Made by a program: the position numbers and the translations under genes | The notes under the pieces: generated by a model | Told to the model about the DNA's origin: nothing | Databases searched by the model: none | Seen by the model: the letters and a program-made list of their open reading frames with translations, nothing else | DNA from: a virus | Lineage: Duplodnaviria > Caudoviricetes | DNA: 38,393 nt | Reading direction: 5' to 3' (one strand) | IMG/VR virus record: IMGVR_UViG_3300026299_000092 | Coordinates: 1 to 38,393 of that record | Part shown: positions 16,698 to 24,452 of the stretch, in pieces | Layout of the letters: each line of letters opens with the position of its first letter | Position numbering within the stretch: the first letter of the stretch is position 1

Positions 16698-18274
16698 TGC
16701 TGGTGGATCAATTCGGGCGGCCGCTGAAGCGGGTGCCTCAGTCGCAACTGCTTGAACGCGAGGCGGTGCCCGCGCTTGGCTCGATCCGTTCCATCCAGTC
16801 AGGTCATCCGGCAGAGGGTCTGACGCCGCCGCGGCTGGCCGCGATCCTGCGCGAGTCCGAGATCGGAGATGCCACCGCCTATCTCGAGTTCGCTGAACAG
16901 ATGGAAGAGAAGGATCTGCATTACGCTGCGGTCCTGGGCGTCCGCAAGCGAGCGATCCGGTCTCTGGACGTGCAGGTTGCCCCCGGTGACACCAGTGCCG
17001 CGGCCAACGAACTGGCCGACATGACCCGGGCCGCGCTGACCTCTGCCGCCGTCCGCACCAGCCTGATCGATATGATGGATGCTCTCGGCAAGGCTTATTC
17101 CGTGACCGAAATCCTCTGGGAGCGCGATGGCAAAGGCCTCAAGATCAGCGGCATGGAACTGGTCGATCCGCGTTGGTTCGAGTTCGACCGGGAGAATGCG
17201 GCATATCTCTATCTGCGGGACAATGCCGGGCCCCAGCCTCTGAGCCTGAACAAATACATCATTCATATGGCCAAGGCGAAATCGGGTTTGGCGATCCGGG
17301 GCGGTCTCGCACGGCTCGCTGGATGGGCCTACCTGTTCAAGAATTACACGCTGAAGGACTGGGCCATCTTCCTCGAGGCCTATGGTCATCCGCTGCGCCT
17401 CGGCAAGTACGGTACCTCTTCTTCGCCGGAGGATCGTCGGACCCTTCTGCGGGCTGCGCGCCAGATTGGCGTCGACATGGCGGCGATCATTCCGAAAGAC
17501 ATGGATCTGGAGGTGATCACCTCTGGCACCACGGGCGCAGACAAGATGTATGAGGGCAACGCCCGCTATTGGGACGAACAGCTTTCCAAGGGTGTCCTCG
17601 GTCAGGTGGCCACCACCGACGCCATCGCCGGTGGCCATGCCGTCGGCAATATCCACGAAAAGGTCCGCGACGACATCCGCGATGCCGATGCAGAGCAGCT
17701 GGCCGCCACGCTTCAGCGCGATCTGGCCGGTGCGCTGAAGCGGCTGCATTTCCCGGACACCGTCGCCTTGCCCACGATCAGCTTCCCGCCGCCGGAATCC
17801 GTGGACCCGAAGCTGATGATGGACCTTATGGAGAAAGGCCCCAAGGCCGGGCTTAAGATCGCCGTGGCGCAGGTCCGCGAGGTATTCGCCCTGCGCGAGC
17901 CCGAGGATGGTGAAGAGGTGCTGGCACCGCCCGCGCCCGAACCGCCTCCGGTGGACGTGCCGCCGGGGCCGCTCCCGCCCGACCCCACACCGCCCAAGGC
18001 CACCCGGCAGGTCGCCTCCCGCCTCGATCCGGCCCGCGACAGCATCGACGGGCTGATCGACACGCTGATCCGGGAGGGCGGGATGCAGCGCGCGGTGGAG
18101 GCCGAGATCGGCGATCTGATTGAAGCCCTCGCGCGCGCGCGCGAATTAGATGAGGTGAACGACATCCTGGAGGCATTCCGGGCCGGGCCACCCGGGCCTC
18201 TGCAAGAGCTGCTGACCGGCGCCACCTTCGGCGCGCTGATGGCCGGACAGGTCGGCGCCAATATCCGGGAGTGA
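16691..18274 (+). CDS. Portal protein (DUF935, Mu gp29)
   Basis: LVDQFGRP, GLTP.RLA.IL, EQMEEKD.H, FLEAYG.P.RLGKY, SK.VLGQ. Pro-rich linker near the C-terminus. Confidence 0.95.
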   Translation: MVMLVDQFGRPLKRVPQSQLLEREAVPALGSIRSIQSGHPAEGLTPPRLAAILRESEIGDATAYLEFAEQMEEKDLHYAAVLGVRKRAIRSLDVQVAPGDTSAAANELADMTRAALTSAAVRTSLIDMMDALGKAYSVTEILWERDGKGLKISGMELVDPRWFEFDRENAAYLYLRDNAGPQPLSLNKYIIHMAKAKSGLAIRGGLARLAGWAYLFKNYTLKDWAIFLEAYGHPLRLGKYGTSSSPEDRRTLLRAARQIGVDMAAIIPKDMDLEVITSGTTGADKMYEGNARYWDEQLSKGVLGQVATTDAIAGGHAVGNIHEKVRDDIRDADAEQLAATLQRDLAGALKRLHFPDTVALPTISFPPPESVDPKLMMDLMEKGPKAGLKIAVAQVREVFALREPEDGEEVLAPPAPEPPPVDVPPGPLPPDPTPPKATRQVASRLDPARDSIDGLIDTLIREGGMQRAVEAEIGDLIEALARARELDEVNDILEAFRAGPPGPLQELLTGATFGALMAGQVGANIRE

Positions 18275-19581
18275 CCATGGCGAGGACCGAACTGAAGCCG
18301 CTGCCGCATCGCGAGGCCATCGAATATTTCCGGTCGAAGGGCTTTGCGCATGAATTGCAGCGTTTCGACCATCTGGACCATTGGCGTGAAGATCACGCCC
18401 GCAACTGGGTCGTGGCAAAGGCGATGCGCGATGACGTGTCCCGCGCGATCCGGGCCGAGATCGATCGCACCCTCGCCGATGGGCGGACCCTCCAGCAGTT
18501 CCAGGCAGAGCTTGCTCCCCGCCTGAAGGAAATGGGTTGGTGGGGCAAGGAGATGATGGAAGACCCGGTGACGGGCGAGCTGAAGGAAGTCCAACTCGGC
18601 TCGATGCACCGGCTGCGGGTGATTTTTGATACCAACATGCGCACGGCCCATGCCGCTGGCCACTGGGCCGCGATCCAGCGCACCAAGCAGGCGTTTCCTT
18701 ACCTGCACTACATCCAGATCGAGCGGGCGACCAAGCGCCATTCCCATACCCGGTTCCACGACAGGATCTGGCGGGTCGATGACCCCGTCTGGCTGCGCAT
18801 CTATCCGCCCAACGGCTATTTCTGCGGCTGTCTCGTGATCCAGCGCACCGAGGGCTGGATGCGCCGCAACAGCCGGACCCCGGACGAGGCGCTGGATCTG
18901 GAGGAAGAGGAATGGACCCACGCCCGCTCCGGTGAGGTCCACATGATCCCGCGCGGCATTCACCCCGGCTTCGATACCAACCCGGGGGCGGTCTGGCTCG
19001 ACATCGAACGCCGCGCCGTAGAAGTCATGCCTGATCTGCCAACCGAACGGCGTGCCGTGGAGCGAGGGCACCTGCAGAGCCTGCGCCTGCGTCGCCTAGG
19101 CATCGGGCGCGAGACACTGATCATCGCGGACGCGGAGGGCGAAGGCATCGCCATGTCCGATGCCACACCGGAACGGCCCGACTTCGTGTCAGTCGATGAG
19201 CTGGCTGTGATCGGTGGCTTGCCCGCGCGTGCCACGATTCTGCACAGCCATTTGACCGAAACCGGGCTGTCGCGCGAAGACATCGGCTTGCTTCAGCATC
19301 CGCAGATCCGCGCGATTACGGCCATCTCCCCAGGTGGGTCGATCTGGCGCGCAGTCGTCGGCCGCGAGCCCCTGCGCAATCAGATACGCGATTTCGCGGT
19401 CAACGCGCTGCGCCAGCCCGATCTGGCTCATCTGTCACCAGAGGACCGGATGCAGGTTTCGCAGCACGCGCTTGGCCTTTTCCTTGAGAAGCGGGGGGTG
19501 ATCCACTACCATTACAGCGTGACGGATCGGTTGCGGCAGTTGTTTGCCCGCTACGCCGATCTGATTGAGAGGCTATCGTGA
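18271..19581 (+). CDS. MuF (gp30) minor head protein with C-terminal JAB/MPN-like extension
   Basis: EAIEYFRSKG, RLRVIFDTNMR.A.AAG.W, YPPNGYFCGC, PGFDTNPG core, then about 190 extra aa with E...HSH-x6-S-xx-D. Confidence 0.9.
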   Translation: MTMARTELKPLPHREAIEYFRSKGFAHELQRFDHLDHWREDHARNWVVAKAMRDDVSRAIRAEIDRTLADGRTLQQFQAELAPRLKEMGWWGKEMMEDPVTGELKEVQLGSMHRLRVIFDTNMRTAHAAGHWAAIQRTKQAFPYLHYIQIERATKRHSHTRFHDRIWRVDDPVWLRIYPPNGYFCGCLVIQRTEGWMRRNSRTPDEALDLEEEEWTHARSGEVHMIPRGIHPGFDTNPGAVWLDIERRAVEVMPDLPTERRAVERGHLQSLRLRRLGIGRETLIIADAEGEGIAMSDATPERPDFVSVDELAVIGGLPARATILHSHLTETGLSREDIGLLQHPQIRAITAISPGGSIWRAVVGREPLRNQIRDFAVNALRQPDLAHLSPEDRMQVSQHALGLFLEKRGVIHYHYSVTDRLRQLFARYADLIERLS

Positions 19582-19760
19582 CCATCGTCCTGCGTCCGAC
19601 TCCCGACCTGCTCGACCTCGCAGCCTGGCGCCGCGAGCTTGAATGGCTGCGGGCGCAGCCTCGCGACTTGTTCCGTCGTGCCGAAGCGATGGCAGAGGCC
19701 GAAGACATGGTGCGGCTGCTGGAAGAGCGGTCGCATAAGACGCCCGCTGAGGCGCCCTGA
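19578..19760 (+). CDS. Small protein, candidate partner/immunity of the MuF extension
   Basis: GTGA overlap with the MuF stop, GAGG RBS, 60 aa helical. Confidence 0.55.
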   Translation: MTIVLRPTPDLLDLAAWRRELEWLRAQPRDLFRRAEAMAEAEDMVRLLEERSHKTPAEAP

Positions 19761-19882
19761 TTGTTTCCGATGCTGCAACCCTCACGAAAACCCGCCATGG
19801 CCGTTTTTGAACGCGCTCCGGCGGTTTTGAAGGGTATCTGCGGTTAAGGCATCGCCTGCACCCGCCAGCGCGCGGCCGGTCA

Positions 19883-19927
19883 CCCCCCAAACAGTATCCC
19901 ACGGCCCTTGAACGTCCAGGTCTGGCA
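19883..19927 (+). promoter_or_regulatory. Late promoter element 2 (head/tail operon)
   Basis: CCCCCCAAACAGTATCCCACGGCCC, second copy of the 11662 motif, upstream of the protease gene. Confidence 0.75.
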
Positions 19928-19937
19928 GTAAGCTGTC

Positions 19938-20948
19938 ATGACCAACACCATCCGAAATATCTGCGGCAACGCCCTCTTGCCTACCGCGCCTGCCGACCGG
20001 ATCGAACTGATCCCGGTCGGCAAGTTTCGGACTGCTGACGGCCGCCCTGCCTTCGCCCTGGACAATCCGGCGGCGGTGATTGCCGACAGCTTTCGGCTTG
20101 CCGCCGGCAATGTGCTGCCGATCGACTTCGATCATCGCAGCTTTGCCGGTCAGGGCTCGGCCGACAGCCGCGCCGCCGGATGGATCACCGCCATGGAGGT
20201 CGAGGGCGACCGCATCATGGCGTCGGTTGAATGGACGGCCGACGGTCGGCAGGCGCTGGAAAGCCTCGCCTATCGCTTCGTCTCGCCGGTCTTCCGCAAC
20301 CGGCCCGATGGTCAGGTCGTTCTCATCGAAGGTGCTGGCCTGATCAACAACCCAGCCTTGCCCCAACTCCGTCAACTTGCCTCGAAGGAAACCCTGATGA
20401 ACCCGATCGAACAGATCGCGGGTGCCCTCGGCCTGCCGGCCGACAAGCCCGATGACATCGTGGCGCGCGTGACCGCGCTCGCCACGGCAGAAACCCAGCT
20501 GGCCTCGATCCGGGCGGCTGCGAAGGTGACGGGCGCCGATGCCGTGACGCAGATCTGCGCGCGGCTGGCCGGTTCGGCCGTCGATCCCTCGGCCTTCGTG
20601 CCGAAATCGTCGTTCGACGCGCTTCAGACCCAGCTCGCCTCGCTCCAGAAGGACGTGACCTCCGGCAAGGTCGAGGCCGCGCTGGAGAAGGCGCGGGATG
20701 ACGGCAAGCTGACGCCGGATCTTGAAGGCTGGGCCACCCAGCTCGCCTCGAAGGACCTGTCCGAGTTCGAAGCCTGGGCAAAGGTCGCCCCGGTCCGTGT
20801 CGAAATCGGGCGGCGTCAGCTTGCTGGCAAGCAGCCGCCGAAAGCGTCGGGTGACGGGCTGTCGGCGCTGGAACGGCAGGTCGCCTCGAAAATGGGCCTG
20901 GCCGAGTCCGACTTCGTGAAAACCCGCGCCGCGATGCAGGAGGGCTGA
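19938..20948 (+). CDS. Mu gpI-like prohead protease/scaffold
   Basis: LIP.G.F...DGR, LPIDFDH, AAGWI, VEWT..G, YRFVSPVF, GLINNPAL. Confidence 0.95.
   Translation: MTNTIRNICGNALLPTAPADRIELIPVGKFRTADGRPAFALDNPAAVIADSFRLAAGNVLPIDFDHRSFAGQGSADSRAAGWITAMEVEGDRIMASVEWTADGRQALESLAYRFVSPVFRNRPDGQVVLIEGAGLINNPALPQLRQLASKETLMNPIEQIAGALGLPADKPDDIVARVTALATAETQLASIRAAAKVTGADAVTQICARLAGSAVDPSAFVPKSSFDALQTQLASLQKDVTSGKVEAALEKARDDGKLTPDLEGWATQLASKDLSEFEAWAKVAPVRVEIGRRQLAGKQPPKASGDGLSALERQVASKMGLAESDFVKTRAAMQEG
20397..20948 (+). CDS. Internal in-frame scaffold protein (Mu gpZ-like)
   Basis: AAGGA RBS before the in-frame ATG at 20397, right after the protease domain, as for Mu I/Z. Confidence 0.6.
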   Translation: MNPIEQIAGALGLPADKPDDIVARVTALATAETQLASIRAAAKVTGADAVTQICARLAGSAVDPSAFVPKSSFDALQTQLASLQKDVTSGKVEAALEKARDDGKLTPDLEGWATQLASKDLSEFEAWAKVAPVRVEIGRRQLAGKQPPKASGDGLSALERQVASKMGLAESDFVKTRAAMQEG

Positions 20949-20951
20949 ACC

Positions 20952-21353
20952 ATGACCGCACTGACCCAGAACGCTCCGCGTACCCGCGTTGGCGAAGGCA
21001 AACGGTTCCGCGACCCGGTCGCGGCCACCATGCGGATCTTTGCAGGCGCCATGGTGGCGCTGAATGGCTCGGGCTATGCCGTCAAGGCCGTGACCACAGC
21101 GACGCGGGTCCGTGGCGTGGCGCTGGCCGAGGCCAACAACAGCACCGGCGCCGCCGGTGACGTCTTCGTCGACATCGAGCGCGGGGTTTTCCTCTTCCGC
21201 AACGACGGCACCAACGCCGTCACCCGCGCCCATATCGGCACCTCGGTCTATGTCGTCGATGACACGACGGTTGGGTCGTCCGCGACCAGCACCATCGTGG
21301 CGGGCAAGTGCCTGGACGTGACGCCCGAAGGCGTCGTCGTCGAAATCCTCTGA
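20952..21353 (+). CDS. Capsid decoration/cement-like protein
   Basis: MTALT...PVAA...IFAGAMVAL...G.F.F.N...YVVDD.TV; lies between protease and capsid. Confidence 0.8.
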   Translation: MTALTQNAPRTRVGEGKRFRDPVAATMRIFAGAMVALNGSGYAVKAVTTATRVRGVALAEANNSTGAAGDVFVDIERGVFLFRNDGTNAVTRAHIGTSVYVVDDTTVGSSATSTIVAGKCLDVTPEGVVVEIL

Positions 21354-21366
21354 TCGGAGATCCGCA

Positions 21367-22263
21367 ATGGACATCACCCAGGCCTCCCTGGCAGCCCTGA
21401 ACATCGCCTTCAACACCGCCTTCAACGTCCGCCTTACGGGTGTTGAAACGACCTATGGCCGCATCGCCATGACGGTCAATTCGACCTCGCGGCATCAGGC
21501 CTATCCCAAACTTTCGGAACTTGGGCCGATGCGGGAGTGGATCGGCGAGCGCTATGTCGAGCGGCTGGAAACCGACGGTTTCGTCATCACCAACCGCAAG
21601 TTTGAAAAGACCGTCGCGGTTCCGGTCGATGATGTGGCCGACGATCAATATGGCATCTACACGCCCATCGTCTCCGACATGGGGCAGGTGGCTGCCGAAC
21701 TGCCCGACGATCTGGTCTGGGAGCATCTGGAAAAGGGCTTCACCACCACCCATTACGACGGCCAGTTCTTTTTCGACACCGATCACCCGGTCGAGAACGA
21801 AGCGGGTGCCGAGGTGTCGGTGTCGAACTTCCAGGGTGGATCGGGCGCGGCCTGGTATCTGATCGACGACAGCCGCCCGATCAAGCCGATGATCTTCCAG
21901 GACCGCGAGAAGGCCCGGATCACGCCCAAGACCAACCTGACCGACGACAACGTCTTCAACCAGGATGAATATGTCTGGGGTGCCAAGCGGCGTTGCGCGG
22001 CTGGCTTCGGCGCCTGGCAACTGGTCTTTGCCTCGCGGCAGACGCTGAACGCGGCGAACTATGCGCTGGCCCGGGCGGCGATGATGTCGATGCGCGGTCA
22101 CCGCGGTCGCAAGCTGAACCTGAAGCCGAAGCTGCTGGTCGTGCCGCCGTCGCTCGAGGGAGCCGCCCGCGACATCCTGCTGAACGAACGTGACGCGAAC
22201 GGCGCCACCAACAAGTGGCGCAACACCGCTGATCTGCATGTCGAAACCCGCCTGACCCTCTGA
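21367..22263 (+). CDS. Major capsid protein (Mu gpT-like)
   Basis: P.MREWIGER, N.KFE.TV.V, DD.YGIY.P, YDGQFFFDTDHPV, WYLID.SR.IKP.IFQ.R, LVVPPSLE. Confidence 0.96.
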   Translation: MDITQASLAALNIAFNTAFNVRLTGVETTYGRIAMTVNSTSRHQAYPKLSELGPMREWIGERYVERLETDGFVITNRKFEKTVAVPVDDVADDQYGIYTPIVSDMGQVAAELPDDLVWEHLEKGFTTTHYDGQFFFDTDHPVENEAGAEVSVSNFQGGSGAAWYLIDDSRPIKPMIFQDREKARITPKTNLTDDNVFNQDEYVWGAKRRCAAGFGAWQLVFASRQTLNAANYALARAAMMSMRGHRGRKLNLKPKLLVVPPSLEGAARDILLNERDANGATNKWRNTADLHVETRLTL

Positions 22264-22278
22264 CCTGACCGCCCTGCG

Positions 22279-22326
22279 GTCGGTTTCCCGAGGGGGCGGC
22301 AGGCCCGCCCCCGACGATAAGCCGAC
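22279..22326 (+). terminator. Post-capsid stem-loop (attenuator/stabiliser candidate)
   Basis: Inner hairpin GGGGCGG-CAGGC-CCGCCCC nested in outer stem GTCGGTTT/AAGCCGAC, next to the downstream RBS. No U-tract. Confidence 0.45.
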
Positions 22327-22332
22327 AGGAGA

Positions 22333-22722
22333 ATGACCATGGCCCGAAAGGCGACCACGACACTGGCCCATCAGAATCTGGCCCACCAGAATACCGAGGG
22401 GGAAAATGCCGCCGGAATACCGGCCGCCCCTCCGGAAGCGCCGACCGAAGGTCAAGCGGCGGCGCAGGGCGGGGAGGAGACGATCCTCCCCGCCGACAAG
22501 GATGCCCTGGGAAACGTCGATCCGGCCGATGGTGCCACCGGCGCTGGTGGCCCCGGTGAGGCGCGGATTGTCGTGACCTGTCTGGCCGAAGGTGGCCGCC
22601 GTCGGCTGGGCCGTCGCTGGCCGTCCGGCCCGACCGAGGTGCCCGCAGGCGAGTTGACGGACGACGACATTGCAATCCTGCGTGGTGATCCCCGCTTCAG
22701 CATCGCCGTGCCCGAAGCCTGA
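22333..22722 (+). CDS. Mu gp35/HI1506-like protein
   Basis: Low-complexity N-terminus and C-terminal GRRR.G.RW....TEV...EL.......L..DP motif; follows the capsid gene. Confidence 0.75.
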   Translation: MTMARKATTTLAHQNLAHQNTEGENAAGIPAAPPEAPTEGQAAAQGGEETILPADKDALGNVDPADGATGAGGPGEARIVVTCLAEGGRRRLGRRWPSGPTEVPAGELTDDDIAILRGDPRFSIAVPEA

Positions 22723-22727
22723 ATTCC

Positions 22728-22803
22728 GGCGGGGTAGCTCAGTCGGCAGAGCGCCGGACTCATAATCCGGAGGCCGCAGGTTCAAGTCCTGCTCCCGCAA
22801 CCA
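22728..22803 (+). tRNA. tRNA-Met (CAT)
   Basis: 76-nt cloverleaf: D arm GCTC/GAGC, anticodon stem CCGGA/TCCGG with loop CTCATAA (CAT at 22761-22763), T arm GCAGG-TTCAAGT-CCTGC, encoded ACCA end. Confidence 0.95.
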
Positions 22804-22810
22804 GATACCA

Positions 22811-22900
22811 GGGGAAGCTGCCGCAGCCCCGATCGTGCCAAGCCAGGGGCGAACCCGCGCCCTGGACCCGGCAGCCAGGGGGGAGGATGGCCCCCCACCA
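22811..22900 (+). ncRNA. Candidate structured RNA downstream of the tRNA
   Basis: GCTGCCG/CGGCAGC outer stem, CCAGGG-GCG/CGC-G-CCCTGG inner stem, terminal GGGGGG/CCCCCC hairpin followed by ACCA. Confidence 0.35.
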
Positions 22901-22919
22901 AACCGAACCAGAGGCCGAT

Positions 22920-23360
22920 ATGTCCTACGCCACCATCGCCGAGTTCACTGCCAGCATTCCCCGTCGAGACCTGGTTGCGCTGACCGATCTCGACGACGGG
23001 CTTGGCGCGGTCGATGATGTGCGCATTCAATCAGCCCTGGATGACGCCTCGGCAGAGATCGACAGCTACATCGCCAAGGCTGTGACCGACCTTGCCCGCA
23101 TCCAGGCCGATCCTCCGCGCATTCTGAAGACCATCTGCCGCGACCTCGCCCTGCACCGGCTTTATGTGAACATCGGCCACAGCATGGAGGCGCGCAAAAG
23201 CCTGCGCGATGATGCCATCGCCTTCCTGAAATCGGTGTCGCGTGGCGATGCCGCCCTGGGTGATGGCGGGGCGCTGGCGCCGGAGATCACCACGCCCGGT
23301 GTGGCCATGACGGATGGCGCCGACCGGCAGTTGACCCGCGACTCGCTGCGGGGGTTCTGA
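22920..23360 (+). CDS. Mu gp36-like head-tail adaptor (DUF1320)
   Basis: MSYAT, LTD, AL.DASAEIDSYI, L..ICRDLA.HRL, A..FL..V..G, LRGF. Confidence 0.92.
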   Translation: MSYATIAEFTASIPRRDLVALTDLDDGLGAVDDVRIQSALDDASAEIDSYIAKAVTDLARIQADPPRILKTICRDLALHRLYVNIGHSMEARKSLRDDAIAFLKSVSRGDAALGDGGALAPEITTPGVAMTDGADRQLTRDSLRGF

Positions 23361-23866
23361 TGAGCGGCGTGATCTTCACCGTCGGACTGGAAGACGCGGC
23401 GCTTCAGGCTGGCCTCGGCGCGCTGGTCACGGGCCTGACCGACATGACCACTTTCATGGATGCGGTTGGACGGGTGCTGGTGAACGGTGCGGTTCAGCGT
23501 ATCGGTTCGACCAATGTCAGCCCGGACGGCACCCCGTGGGTCCCCAGCAAGCGCGCGACCGAGGATGGTGGCCGCACATTGGTCCTGTCAGGTATTTTGC
23601 GGACCAGCATCAATGCCTGGGCCGCCCCGGATCACGTCCTGGTCGGCACGAATGTGCCTTACGCAGCCGTCCACCAGATGGGCGCTGCCGTCGGATCGCT
23701 GGGCATCTGGATCGGCGAGGACAAGCGTGGACGGCAGATGACTGTCCTCTCGCCCTGGGGCGACATTCCGGCGCGTCCCTATCTCGGCATCTCGCGCGAT
23801 GAAGAGACCGACATCCACAATCTTGCTGCGATCCACTTCCCCAGCCTGCTGGAAAGACTCCAATGA
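23360..23866 (+). CDS. Phage virion morphogenesis protein (Mu gpG-like)
   Basis: PDGTPW, L..SG.LR.SI, VGTNVPYAAVHQ.G, IPARPYLGIS. Confidence 0.92.
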   Translation: MSGVIFTVGLEDAALQAGLGALVTGLTDMTTFMDAVGRVLVNGAVQRIGSTNVSPDGTPWVPSKRATEDGGRTLVLSGILRTSINAWAAPDHVLVGTNVPYAAVHQMGAAVGSLGIWIGEDKRGRQMTVLSPWGDIPARPYLGISRDEETDIHNLAAIHFPSLLERLQ

Positions 23867-24297
23867 TCCCGGCAATCATCACCCGGGTCTCCGAGGCGGT
23901 TCCGGCACTGCAGGGCCGGGTCTATGGTGCGGCCGCTCTGGCGGCGCTGATGAAAGCGGACAGCGTGCCGACCCTGACACCCTGCGTCCACGTTCTTCCG
24001 ATCGGAATCGCGGGCGCACCCAGAGCTGCCACGGCGGCCTCGGCCTATCGTCAGATGATCGAGCGGCAATTCGCCTTGATCCTGTCACTGCGCACTCATG
24101 ATCCAAACGGCGCGCAAGTTCTCGACGAGGCCGGCGGCCTGATCGATCAGCTTGCCGCCGCGATCTGCGGATGGACCCCAGCCAATACTTCCGGGGTCTT
24201 CGCCTTGCAGCGAGTCGTTCTCGCCAGTTTTGCGCGCGGCGTGGCGATCTACGAACTGGATTTCAGCCTGCCTGACCAACTGAGGATTTCGCCATGA
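23863..24297 (+). CDS. Tail terminator (gp37-like)
   Basis: Position, size and motifs TP..HV.P, GWTP, YELDF. Confidence 0.75.
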   Translation: MIPAIITRVSEAVPALQGRVYGAAALAALMKADSVPTLTPCVHVLPIGIAGAPRAATAASAYRQMIERQFALILSLRTHDPNGAQVLDEAGGLIDQLAAAICGWTPANTSGVFALQRVVLASFARGVAIYELDFSLPDQLRISP

Positions 24298-24452
24298 CCA
24301 CCCACCCGCTGCCCCAGGCGGGCGGCAGCTACATCCGCCAGCCGGATGGGCAGCTGCAGTCCGCCGCTGCCCCGGCACCCGATGCGGCCTCCGACGAGCC
24401 CGTGAAACCCACTGTCAAAGGGGCGGTCAAAGCCCCTGCAAAGGAGGCGTAA
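24294..24452 (+). CDS. Small hypothetical protein (52 aa)
   Basis: ATGA overlap, GAGGA RBS, LP..GGSYIR..DG.L motif; stop adjacent to the tail tube ATG. Below the ORF track cutoff. Confidence 0.75.
   Translation: MTTHPLPQAGGSYIRQPDGQLQSAAAPAPDAASDEPVKPTVKGAVKAPAKEA

Noticed and set aside
17925..18000. C-rich low-complexity stretch in the portal gene
   Set aside because: Encodes a Pro-rich linker in frame; no sign of a frameshift or separate element.
19923..19937. Sigma54 promoter suggested by TGGCA
   Set aside because: No TTGC -12 element at the required spacing in either copy.
22728..22803. tRNA as an integration site, or as tRNA-Ile2
   Set aside because: It is internal to the late operon, with no integrase or duplicated 3' end. 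Acceptor pairs G2:C71, C3:G70, G4:C69 fit Met better than a TilS substrate.
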